In this document: positions 41,961 to 52,042 of the stretch, in pieces | Layout of the letters: each line of letters starts with the position of its first letter | How positions within the stretch are numbered: the stretch's first letter is position 1 | IMG/VR virus record: IMGVR_UViG_3300027896_005002 | Span: 124,001-188,000 of that record | Direction: 5' to 3' (one strand) | Length of the DNA: 64,000 bases | Position numbers and translations under genes: made by a program | Notes under the pieces: generated by a model | The model's input: only the letters and a program-made list of their open reading frames with translations | Databases searched by the model: none | What the model was told of the DNA's origin: nothing

Positions 41961-42473
41961 TCAAACATATAATTCTTTCAAGTGTTTTTTACAATGTTTT
42001 TGTCCTCGTTTAAAACTACAAAATTCAACATCAACGGGACATTTATCACAATCTAAAGGTATTTTATCTTTATTACTTCTAACAATAAAAAATCCTTGAC
42101 CTTTACAGTGAGGACAATTAGTATAGTCTTCATCTTCAGCAGCACCAAGTAGTACAATTTGTGTGCCTTTACAATAAGGGCATTTTAGTTTAACTCCATT
42201 TATTCCTGTTAAAGCACAATAAATATCATCAGCAATTTCATCTATCCTATGATCTGCTTTTTTTACAAATTTTTCATAATCTTTACAGGCTTCAACTGAT
42301 TCTGTTGACATTGGAGTCTGTTGACTTGCACTTAATAATGAAAGGGCTTCATCAAGCAATTCATGTAACTTTTTATGAGCTTTTATTGACCATTCACCGG
42401 CTCCGTCAAAATATACTTTGTTAAATAATCTAGCCATGTCGTTTTCCCATATTTGCAAGTAATATGCCAACAA
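41961..42473 (-). CDS. protein with DnaJ-type CxxCxG zinc-finger motifs
   Basis: CPYCKG...CPHCKGQG. Confidence 0.5.
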   Translation of the reverse strand: MLAYYLQIWENDMARLFNKVYFDGAGEWSIKAHKKLHELLDEALSLLSASQQTPMSTESVEACKDYEKFVKKADHRIDEIADDIYCALTGINGVKLKCPYCKGTQIVLLGAAEDEDYTNCPHCKGQGFFIVRSNKDKIPLDCDKCPVDVEFCSFKRGQKHCKKHLKELYV

Positions 42474-42610
42474 AGAAGCCTACTAATGGAAGAAAAGAAT
42501 CACTAAATTTATGTGGTGATGTACCAAAAACTAAAATGATAAGTAAACAAGTACTTATGCATAATAATATTCGTTTCATAATGTATTCCATTTATTTGGT
42601 GTCCAATAAG

Positions 42611-42820
42611 TCAACCTATTCCGACACCCATCAATAAAAATAAAAATGCTTGCTTTTCTTCTGAAACAATGTCCATAAGTTCGCAAGCATATATTGTGCC
42701 TTTTCTCTTTAAACCTTTACATGGTGGTTTGTCATCCTTATATACTTTTATTCCAACAAGACAAACTTCTTCTCGACAACACTTACCACATCTTTTACAT
42801 TTATGCGTACGAGCTTTCAC
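42611..42820 (-). CDS. small Cys-cluster (YkgJ-like) protein
   Basis: CKRCGKCC...C...CKGL...C. Confidence 0.55.
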   Translation of the reverse strand: MKARTHKCKRCGKCCREEVCLVGIKVYKDDKPPCKGLKRKGTIYACELMDIVSEEKQAFLFLLMGVGIG

Positions 42821-43903
42821 TATTAATCTATAACTTTTCGACCATTAGGAATTTTTGATTTCTCGACTTTTTTGTCCCAAAAAGAAGATGGTTTACCATT
42901 GATAATTTTTCTAATATTCGGATTCTTACGTCTCAACTCTTTGTTTTTGTAAAAGTTATCATTTCGTTTTTTCATTATTTCTCCTCTTTTATATTCGAAA
43001 TCCCATACCATTTTCCGAAAGTAAATAACAATCATATCCGTCACGAAAAGGTCCAATGACTACTTTAATCGTTTTTATTTCAAATTCATTGCATTTAGTT
43101 GATTTAACTTTTTTAAGCACTGTAAAACCAACTTGAGCATCATATCGTTTTTGAATAGCTTTTTTCATTTCATCCGATGTATCAGAATCATCTAAAAGTG
43201 TCATTTCAATTCCACCAGCATGAAGATCAGGCGTCAGTATCATTTCACCCAATTCAATTCCTAATTGATAAGCAGCAAATCCTTTTGCCTCATCAATACT
43301 ATTAAATTTTGTCGTCATAATGAAATGCTCGAGTTTCTTCTAGTTGTTTTTCAATATTAAGTTTTAAATTATAAACTTCCATAACTTTTTGCATGTTTTT
43401 TTTATTATATTCGTCTACTTTTTTTCGCACATCTTCATTTGACATAACATACACTGGATAATCTTCATGCTCAAATGTGTCACAAACAACAATTACATGA
43501 GTTGCTTTTAATTGCTTTCCTTGTTCAAGCCATTCTTTAATTCGTCCTTTTGTTGTTATATTTGTATTTGTAGTTGCAACAGTACAATTGCCAGCAACAA
43601 TTGACATTCCTGCATTGTAAGCAACTTCACATTGACGGCAAGGCATAAATTTGATTTTATGTCGATATGTTCCAGGTTTGAAACAATGTTGTCGTTGACA
43701 CCATTCTTTGTGCGTCATTGATCCTTGTTTTTTCTTCTTTTGTTGAGCTTTCTCTTTCTCTAAGGCGCTAAGTAATGTGCCTTTAAAAGTCATTGCGCTG
43801 TGACTGCCACAGGTTGTACAACGTCTTGGTTCCTTTGATGATGATCTTTGATTAGTATCACCACATTCTTCGCATTTCCACAAATAAACTGACATATTTT
43901 ATC

Positions 43904-44191
43904 CTATGGATGTGACCAATGTCTTATAACACCAGCAACAATTACCAGATTTGTAATAACATAGATTAAAATAATGCACAATCGTATAAAAGCTATTTTG
44001 TCTGCTTCTTTGTCACTTGTGGAGGCTTTTTCACCGAGGGCTTTTGCTAATAATCTCCAAGATTTATTTTGCATAGGTTCTAAATCAATCCAATACTCTT
44101 TCTTTAACGGAACATATTTCTGCAATGGCTCAAACCATCTATGTTGCCAACCATTAATAATTACATATTCATTTACGTATACTGTATTCAT
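43904..44191 (-). CDS. conserved phage membrane-anchored hypothetical protein
   Basis: WRLLAKALGEKA...EADKIA.IR...ITNL.IVAGVIRHW, recalled from T4-like phages. Confidence 0.55.
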   Translation of the reverse strand: MNTVYVNEYVIINGWQHRWFEPLQKYVPLKKEYWIDLEPMQNKSWRLLAKALGEKASTSDKEADKIAFIRLCIILIYVITNLVIVAGVIRHWSHP

Positions 44192-44192
44192 A

Positions 44193-44759
44193 TTAAATTT
44201 TTATTAAGTAATCTTTTGATTTTATCCAAGTCATAACATCCATATTAAAAACATATTCTACATTTTTAATAATCACATAGGAATGCGTTGTTATTATAAC
44301 TTGACAATTTGATTCTTCAACGATCTTTTTAAAAGCATTTATTATTTTAACTTGATTCATTAATGAAATACCTGATTCTGGTTCATCAACCATTAACAAT
44401 GTATCACTAAAAGTCTTTGCTGTTAATATTATTGGTAACATTGCTTCACCATGAGAGGCAAAACGAGAAGCAATTGAAAATTCAAATAAAGAATTTTCAT
44501 GTTCATTAAGTGCTTTAATTCGAGGATTTTGTTTTTCAGTGTCAAAAAACTGATAAACAGTACCAGGTTTAATACTTAACTTAACTAAATCTTTTTTATG
44601 TTCAGCAATCAAATTTAAAAGTGTTGATTTTCCAATACCATTTTCACCAACAATAACATTCAAACCATCCTTGAAATCAAAACTAAATGGTTTTAAATTA
44701 CGATATTTTGTAAGAAGTTTTATACTTTTAAGAAATAAGGCCACTATTTTTTTCTTCAT
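44193..44759 (-). CDS. ABC-type/AAA_21 ATPase
   Basis: GENGIGKS, SHGE, LMVDEPE, IITTHS. Confidence 0.85.
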   Translation of the reverse strand: MKKKIVALFLKSIKLLTKYRNLKPFSFDFKDGLNVIVGENGIGKSTLLNLIAEHKKDLVKLSIKPGTVYQFFDTEKQNPRIKALNEHENSLFEFSIASRFASHGEAMLPIILTAKTFSDTLLMVDEPESGISLMNQVKIINAFKKIVEESNCQVIITTHSYVIIKNVEYVFNMDVMTWIKSKDYLIKI

Positions 44760-45976
44760 CTTTTATAAGTGTTTTTTCAATGCATACATGTGAAATTGTA
44801 GCTTCAGGCATACTTGTTTCAAATTGTTTTTGAAATGATGCATACAAATCGTCTGCTGCATTGTCGTTAGCTTTGTTCACTGGAACATTGTAAGATAAAA
44901 TAATTGTTATTCGTCTATTTGACATATTAAAGCTCCTTATTTAATAATTGAACAATATTAATTGCCTGTGTTGCACCTTCAATAGTGCAAATGTCCTCTT
45001 CTATTGATACATTTTCACAATCATAAATAGTGCCAACCAATCCAAATTCTCTCATTATCATTTCGACCGCAGGAATACTGGGCAACAATTGTTTGCCATC
45101 TTTAGGTGATACTGAAATTGATATGTGTCTACACCATCCACAAGGTTGTTCTTCTATTGAGTAAGCTATTCGAAAACCATCAACAAGATAACAAACAGAA
45201 TTTGTGTCATTACCAACAGCATTTGAGTCATCAATAATCACTCGGGTTAAGTCAGCTATTAATTTATGTTGTTCAGCATAATCAATAACTTTTTTAATTT
45301 CAGTTTTTGCTTCTTCATCAATAATTAATACTCTCATATATCTTCCGTAAAACAACTTTTATCTGATTTACCATCAACACAATCACCATTCCTGCCAAAA
45401 GCACAATTTATACAAGACCTATTTGACTTCATTTCTTGTCGTTTAACCCAAAAGAATTGTCGTTTAAGAATTAATGCCATAATGCGACAAAAAACATTTT
45501 CTTCATAAAATTCACAGTTATTTTTTTCATTCAAAACTATAGGATCATCAACAATAATATTTCTTCTTCTAATTTTTTGTATTGGTTCTAATTGTTCATA
45601 TTCATGTTCCTCCATGTTTACTAAACAAATATGCATATTATGCTGAAGTTTAAATTTTCGGTTATTTCGATAAGTAATAGAAGTATAATGACCGACATTA
45701 CTTTCATCTGATAAAAAAATGCAATGCTCACAAAATTTATCTGACATCTTCAATTCCTATATGATTTATATTGTAAATTCTAAATTCTACAATTACTGTA
45801 TTAATTAAAATTAAAACAAAAGCAAATTGTGGATTGTGCTCTTCTTTAAACCAATCACCACTAATCTCAATAGTAAACAATGAAAGACCATCAGAAAACT
45901 TTCTAACAAAATGAAAGAAATTTACTTCCCAGGCATAATTTTTTGATAATCTTGTTGATAGATAAATCATTTAAGT

Positions 45977-46576
45977 TTAAGTTCTCCTATATAAATTAGG
46001 ATGATGCTTTATCATATCATCAATAGTTGCAGTTTTTTCTGTCCATTTATTCTTACCACATACGCAATCTGCATTTATTGAATCAATTGGCATAACTAAT
46101 TCATTTCCACAACTGCAAATAATAACTTTAAAATTTCCTGGTGAACAAGGACCATCATGTATTCCACAACATGTCGGACAATGCTGTTTTGATTCTTTTA
46201 GAATCCTAATATCTTTGTTGAGTGTTGAAGCATAAACTATAGTTAAGGCACCAATTTTATTTGTTTGTAACGGCATTGTCATAATTAATAAAGTTGATTT
46301 ATCAATAATATCATAATTTCGTGCCAACGAATCTTTTGGATGATGTGTCACATGACTATTAATAAATATTCTATCTTCATAAAGATTATCAGGATGAGAA
46401 CATATTGAAAAACCAAATTTCCTGGCTATTTCGCATGCAGGTATATCAAATCCATGGTCACAATGAAGAAAACTTCTTCGCTGATCATTATATTGTTTCA
46501 ATATTTTTGACAATTGCTCTAATTGTAGATTAGATAATTCCTCAAAAATAAGTAAACCAATAATAGTACTCTTCAT
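45977..46576 (-). CDS. SLOG (YspA-like) nucleotide-binding protein with Cys-rich tail
   Basis: H...GFD, HP, LARNYDII, GA.T..YA. Confidence 0.5.
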   Translation of the reverse strand: MKSTIIGLLIFEELSNLQLEQLSKILKQYNDQRRSFLHCDHGFDIPACEIARKFGFSICSHPDNLYEDRIFINSHVTHHPKDSLARNYDIIDKSTLLIMTMPLQTNKIGALTIVYASTLNKDIRILKESKQHCPTCCGIHDGPCSPGNFKVIICSCGNELVMPIDSINADCVCGKNKWTEKTATIDDMIKHHPNLYRRT

Positions 46577-47946
46577 ACAGGATGAATAACTTCTTTTGCA
46601 AAATGATCTACTAAGTGTATGGATCTATTACCTGTCAAACAATAAACTGGTTGACCTATTTTTAATGTATTGGTTTTATCTAAAGTTACATTTGTTAAAG
46701 TAAACTGTGTCAAAGGATTTTCATAAAAGAAATCACCATCAGGAAAAAAGCATTTAACTTCATGTCCGATAAATTTTAAACATTGTTGTAAATTAATGTA
46801 ATTACCATTTTTAAGAATAACAGTACCATCAGGAAACACAACTTTTTGAATCATATTAATTTCGTAATTTTCTGGATATGTGTAATATAATTCAATAGGT
46901 TTCATTGTATATTTTTCTTTTATGATGGATAATATTTACTATATATGAATCTCCCCACAATATTTTTAATACAATCCATTCTTGAAAAACTTCCCAACAT
47001 GGTTGACATAAAATCTTATCTGAATCATGACTACAAACACCAAGTTTTCGATCTTGAAATATTTGATGTAACTGTGCTATATCGGCTTCACAATCACTTG
47101 TTAATCCTAATAATGATTGTGTGATTTGTTTTCGCATTATATTGAGATATATTTCACCAAAACTTCTAATTTTTTCAGAATCCATTGCTTCATTCATTGT
47201 TAAAATTTGTCTATTACAAACAACACAATTTTTAGAATTATGAGCCCAATATCGTCTTGCAATACGAGCAGGAGAAAAAGCATATACTAAATGAGCAATA
47301 AATCGTTTTTTATTTATATATAAATCATTAAAAGGTTGTAATTTTCTTTCGTGGTTTTGTCGTTCATTTCTTAAATTTTCTTCGTTATGTTGCCGTTGTA
47401 GTTCAACTTGTTGTCGTTCTGATTGCTCTTTTATTTTTTGAAGATTATTTTGTTCATCAATCTTTTTCTGATCAATTACACCGGCTTTTAATAATGCATC
47501 CTTTAAACTATCCATTTAAGACCTTTGTTTTACTTTACTTATGATATCTTTCTCTATTCGTCTCGTCTCGTTGTTTAATAATCGAATTTGATAAACGATG
47601 TAAATTATAAGACATGGACTACTATATAATTTGTACCAACCAGGTAAAACATTACAAAGTATTACGCCTATTATAAAGACTGCTATCATTATAAAAAATA
47701 TTATGTGTTCTTTTTTCATTTTTCTTTCCTCCTATAAAAAAGGTGATAAAGGCCACGGTGGCAAAGGCAATATTGAATATTGAAAAGATCGTCGTAAAGC
47801 TTCAACATTTTTATATTGTTGAATTATAAATTCTAAATCTGTAATATATGATCTGTAGACCTTTTCTTTTTCTTTATATAACTCAATTTGTTCTTGTAAA
47901 TTTTTAATTCTATCTAAATCCGTTATATGTTGTTCAATCATATGTA

Positions 47947-48906
47947 TTATACCTCATTGACAATAAAGCTAAAATCAGGTACCATAAAATCATCTTCTTT
48001 TTTACTGCCAAACATTCCTACAAGCATTTCATAATTTATATTAAAGTTAAGTTGTTTATATTTCACTACAGAAATGTGAGTGGAATAGTTTTGAACAAAT
48101 TTTAATCCTGGTTGCTTTTTAAATAAACTCACAAACCAACCTAATATTTCAATTTGACCGCCAGAACCACAACGTTTTACAGAAAAAATTGTTTTCCAAA
48201 ATTCTTTATTACCAAAATTATCAATTAATGTCGTTAAAACGTGTGATACTGTCGTTGTCCATGAGTCTGAATAAACAATTTTACAAAGGTTGTTCCATTT
48301 ATCTAATAAATATTTCCAATCATCAAGTGTTCCTTGTACATCTATCTTTGGAATATTACATGCTAACATTGAATAATTATAATAAGGACTGCACATATCA
48401 CAAAAGGCTGCCTGAAATGCATGTAGACTTTTTGGTGTTCTTGTTGAAAATATTGGAAAGAAATCAGTAGTATTAATTGGTATTCGATCTCTTAAAACAT
48501 CACATAAAGAATCTAATGGCATTAAAACAATATCATCACAATGAATAACAATGTCCTGTTTTTTATCAGTTGTTGAAAATAAATCTTGAAATTTTTTGGG
48601 ATTTGCTTTAATTATGAGAGTCATTTCACAAAGAAGAGTATACCAAATAATATCTGGTGTAACAACAACACCTAAATGATCAGCCCAACATTTTTCAAGA
48701 TAATGTAAATAATTTGTATGATAATGTTGAACATCACCTATTGAATCACAACGATATTCTGCTTTATCCGATTGTTTAACTTTTCGACTCATTTGCTTTA
48801 AAAAATAGTTTTTATAAGGAATAGGCACAGATGCTTGTTTTTTATTGTCCCATTCAGTTGGTGCTGAAGGAATGCCGACTTTTTCTTCTGAAAGTGTTAA
48901 GACCAT
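47947..48906 (-). CDS. DUF4419-like protein
   Basis: CWADHLGVVVTPDIIW, GIP-like CNIPKI.V.GT.DDW, GW. Confidence 0.65.
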   Translation of the reverse strand: MVLTLSEEKVGIPSAPTEWDNKKQASVPIPYKNYFLKQMSRKVKQSDKAEYRCDSIGDVQHYHTNYLHYLEKCWADHLGVVVTPDIIWYTLLCEMTLIIKANPKKFQDLFSTTDKKQDIVIHCDDIVLMPLDSLCDVLRDRIPINTTDFFPIFSTRTPKSLHAFQAAFCDMCSPYYNYSMLACNIPKIDVQGTLDDWKYLLDKWNNLCKIVYSDSWTTTVSHVLTTLIDNFGNKEFWKTIFSVKRCGSGGQIEILGWFVSLFKKQPGLKFVQNYSTHISVVKYKQLNFNINYEMLVGMFGSKKEDDFMVPDFSFIVNEV

Positions 48907-49487
48907 TTTTTCTCCTTATTTTAAAATTATAGCATGAACTTTCCAATTTTCAAAATGATGACCAATTCGTTTAAATGCCGGTGCAATAGCTCCACGACTT
49001 GTTTTTGCTTCAATACCTTCTATAGCTATATATGACCGTCCTTTACGTATAATTACTGTATATTCTTTATTTTTAAATAATCGTCGCATATTTTTGCAAA
49101 TTATGCTTTCTTTTTAAAAATTGTTTTCTTGAAAAAATAAGATGCTACAAGAAAAGAACAAACAAGAGGTATGAAAAAATGTGTAAGAATAAACATTATC
49201 ATATTAATTCCTTTCAAAAAGGTTTAAATTTCTGTAAATGCTTTATCTTCAACTTGTTTGTAATATCGAATAAAATTCATTACGTCATGCACAGATGCAT
49301 CATTACATGATAAATGTTCGCAAGAATGATCATTATCATATATAATTCGCATTGGTTGACCTTGTGGTCCTTTCCACCGTAAAACTTCCCATTGGCCTAC
49401 TGGCTTTAATGCTCTATCACTCAGCCAAGTTTTTAAATCTTCTAATTTACTGCGGTGTAAAAGACATCTATTAGCCATAGTTATTCC

Positions 49488-50417
49488 TTATATCTTATAT
49501 AAATTATTATCTTTAATGTATTGGAAAACATCAGGATGTATTAAATTTGTAGATGATTTTAAACCATCTATAAAATTCATTTGCCAATATTCTTTTAAAG
49601 AAGTTCGTACATCGGTAGAACTAATTTTCGATAAAGGTTTTTCTGGCACCAATAACATGTGCGGAGGTTTAAGATACCAACCACTTTTTTTAGCTATTTC
49701 TACTCCCGTTCTAGGAATGACTACAAATCTAATCATTCTTTCTAGGTCTTCATAATTTACCCATTTATTAAAAGTATTGGCATTGTCCATTCCAATTGCC
49801 ATACTAAAATCTCTTTCATTTTTTGCAAAATCTTCACTAAGAAGTTTTTTGACTAAATGATATGTTTCACCACCAAGTTTATGTTTTATTTCAAAATCTG
49901 ACACTGTTATTCGTCTATCATGTTTTGTTGCAAGTCGACACATGTTTAATCTATGTTCCGGACTTGCCATTCTCTTTCCATAAATATGTTTATAGCAAGG
50001 CATGATCCAAACATCATCAAATTGTTCACTGAAATCGAGTAAAAATTTTGCAACTTCTACATGGCCAGGTGTTATTGGATCAAAAGCACCGCCTAAAATT
50101 ACTGTGTATAATTTTCTTCCGTATGCATGATATTGATGTTGACGTCTTTTAATTTTATTTAAAGTAGCATTAACTAGTTCTTCAGGGTTCCAACCATTTT
50201 CATGAATGCCAGCCAATAATGTACAAAGAAGATCACCAGATTCTTCTTTAATATTAGCTATTGATGTAAACCGACTTAATTCAAGAGCTTCTTTAAAAAT
50301 ATCTTCATTTCTTTGCCTCAAAGGTGTTTGTCCAAAAGACTTTTCAAATTGTATACAAATTTTTTTCGATAAGTTTTTAATGTCCATTATTAATCTCCTT
50401 AAGATTTTCTCCTGCAA
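49488..50417 (-). CDS. nadD: MazG-like / NadD-type nucleotidyltransferase fusion
   Basis: N-terminal EALEL...KEESGDLL (MazG-like); GGAFDPITPGH, E, T, GMD, ISSTDVR (NMN/NaMN adenylyltransferase). Confidence 0.85.
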   Translation of the reverse strand: MQEKILRRLIMDIKNLSKKICIQFEKSFGQTPLRQRNEDIFKEALELSRFTSIANIKEESGDLLCTLLAGIHENGWNPEELVNATLNKIKRRQHQYHAYGRKLYTVILGGAFDPITPGHVEVAKFLLDFSEQFDDVWIMPCYKHIYGKRMASPEHRLNMCRLATKHDRRITVSDFEIKHKLGGETYHLVKKLLSEDFAKNERDFSMAIGMDNANTFNKWVNYEDLERMIRFVVIPRTGVEIAKKSGWYLKPPHMLLVPEKPLSKISSTDVRTSLKEYWQMNFIDGLKSSTNLIHPDVFQYIKDNNLYKI

Positions 50418-50778
50418 TTCCCATTATGATCACTCCACCAAGTATAAGCCAAATAAAGGCCCAATTATATCTTAAGGCAAAAAGACCAGTAAGGAATATA
50501 CAAAACCCTAATGCAAGAAGTGTAAGTTCTGTAGTCTTTGTTGTTTTTATAGTAAATTCTTTCATAAGCTTTCTAAAGGAACTCCTAACCAATTTGCAAA
50601 AGCTTGATCATTAGGACAAATCATAAATCATCTTCCCAAGGACCACAAGGAGAAGGCATATGATCATGTGGTTCTTCTTTAAAATCATGTCGACCTTTTA
50701 GCCAACCAATTACAAGACCAAGGACAAATAAAATTAGTGCTATAGGAGTTACAGAATACCATTGCATAAAATATGTCC

Positions 50779-51105
50779 CTATTTTACGTTATCAGGCACA
50801 TGCCTAATTTCAAAGATATTTATTACTCGATCTAAACTATCGAATCTTACACCTGCTGTATTTTGAAAGCCGTCCCATATTAAATCTGTTTGTTTATCAC
50901 TTAATGCAGGAATACTGCCTTCACCATCAGCACCGGGTTTATTTTCTATTTTATAGTCAGATCCCATTATAGAAATAACTTGGTCTTTTGTCATACCCAT
51001 TTCAACATGAGCAGCTTTTCTTACATAACTTGGATGATTATCACATGTACTGGCAAGCCAATATAAAACAACACCAATTATTATCCATATTAAAGCACTT
51101 TTCAT
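50779..51105 (-). CDS. secreted SmpA/BamE-like small protein
   Basis: Signal-like N-terminus with Cys; GMTKDQVISIMG. Confidence 0.5.
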   Translation of the reverse strand: MKSALIWIIIGVVLYWLASTCDNHPSYVRKAAHVEMGMTKDQVISIMGSDYKIENKPGADGEGSIPALSDKQTDLIWDGFQNTAGVRFDSLDRVINIFEIRHVPDNVK

Positions 51106-51392
51106 AATTTCTCCTTTTCTAATTGATTTTTTAAAAATTCAATTGCTTTTTCGGGTGACATTGTAATATAAAAAGATTGTATTGGTAAACTGGCTACTTT
51201 TGGATATGCTATAAAACGTAATTCAACGCTATCAAATATTGGATCAAAATATAATGATTGTGTCATAATTGTCTCAAAAAAATGGAGTAGTAACAATCTG
51301 TTTAAAGGTCCATTCTTCCTTCAACAGATTTTCATTTGCATCATACAGAGATAAAGGAGTATTCAGGATTCTCTGTTTGATCGTATTATTAC

Positions 51393-51486
51393 TACTCCAA
51401 ATTTTTATAAGCATAACTCTACCTATATATATAATCATTACTCCAAATTTTTATAAGCATAACTCTACCTATATATATAATCATTA
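51393..51486. repeat. 46-bp perfect tandem duplication
   Basis: CTCCAAATTTTTATAAGCATAACTCTACCTATATATATAATCATTA starts at 51395 and 51441. Confidence 0.9.
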
Positions 51487-51690
51487 ATTATATCATAGAT
51501 AGAATTATTTTGTTTTTGATTGTTCGGTCGTTCGACGATTGACTTCTTCGTTTTCCATATGTATAGTCCATTGACTATGCATTTTTTTAAAATCGTCTAC
51601 GACTTCTTTGCGGATTTGTTCTTTTGTTTTCATATAGCCTTACAATTAAATATAATAACTTTTTAATATTAAAGTTATAAAATAATTTAC

Positions 51691-51729
51691 AAAAAAAAGG
51701 CCGTGAGAGAATACCCTTCGCTCACGGCT
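51691..51729 (-). terminator. intrinsic terminator closing the ncRNA cluster
   Basis: GCCGTGAG/CTCACGGC stem followed by T8 on the minus strand. Confidence 0.85.
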
Positions 51730-51776
51730 TTATTATTCTATTATTTGTATGAATTACAAGATAGAATGATGCTTTC

Positions 51777-51929
51777 TAATTACTTCGACATTTATCATTT
51801 AGCATAATGTCCCTGCTCTACCAACTGAGCTATCGACCCTCGTAGTATTCTTTTTTAAAAAAATACTGTGAGGGTCGAACTGGAATTGAACCAGTGACTG
51901 GAATAGTAATGACAAATTCTCCATAATTA
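51777..51929 (-). ncRNA. YrlA-like Y RNA with circularly permuted tRNA-like domain
   Basis: T arm ACTGG-TTCAATT-CCAGT and TCGACCC come BEFORE GGGTCGA-TA-GCTCAGTTGGTAGAGC (D arm); acceptor stem closed by a hairpin; flanks pair; GTCGAAG motif at 51789-51783. Confidence 0.8.
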
Positions 51930-51946
51930 TTGGCTTTTAGTATTAG

Positions 51947-52042
51947 TATGGAACGTTCACTCGCATAATTATGAATTAGGACCATCACAAGTGTCAAGTG
52001 AGCCCTAATAAGTATGAATATAAATATTATGATACGTTCATA
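51947..52042 (-). ncRNA. second Y-RNA-like structured RNA with bulged-C terminal stem
   Basis: TATGAACGT pairs ACGTT(C)CATA; CATAAT/ATTATG; inner TTAGGGCTCAC/GTGA..GTCCTAA hairpin. Confidence 0.5.

Larger units (their letters stand above)
35100..47941 (-). other. long co-oriented block of mostly short hypothetical ORFs, many Cys-rich
   Basis: Abutting or overlapping minus-strand ORFs of 45-200 aa; typical accessory phage gene array. Confidence 0.7.

Noticed and set aside
51809-51905. Ordinary tRNA gene
   Set aside because: Halves are in reverse order, with no anticodon loop and no CCA; reinterpreted as a YrlA-like RNA
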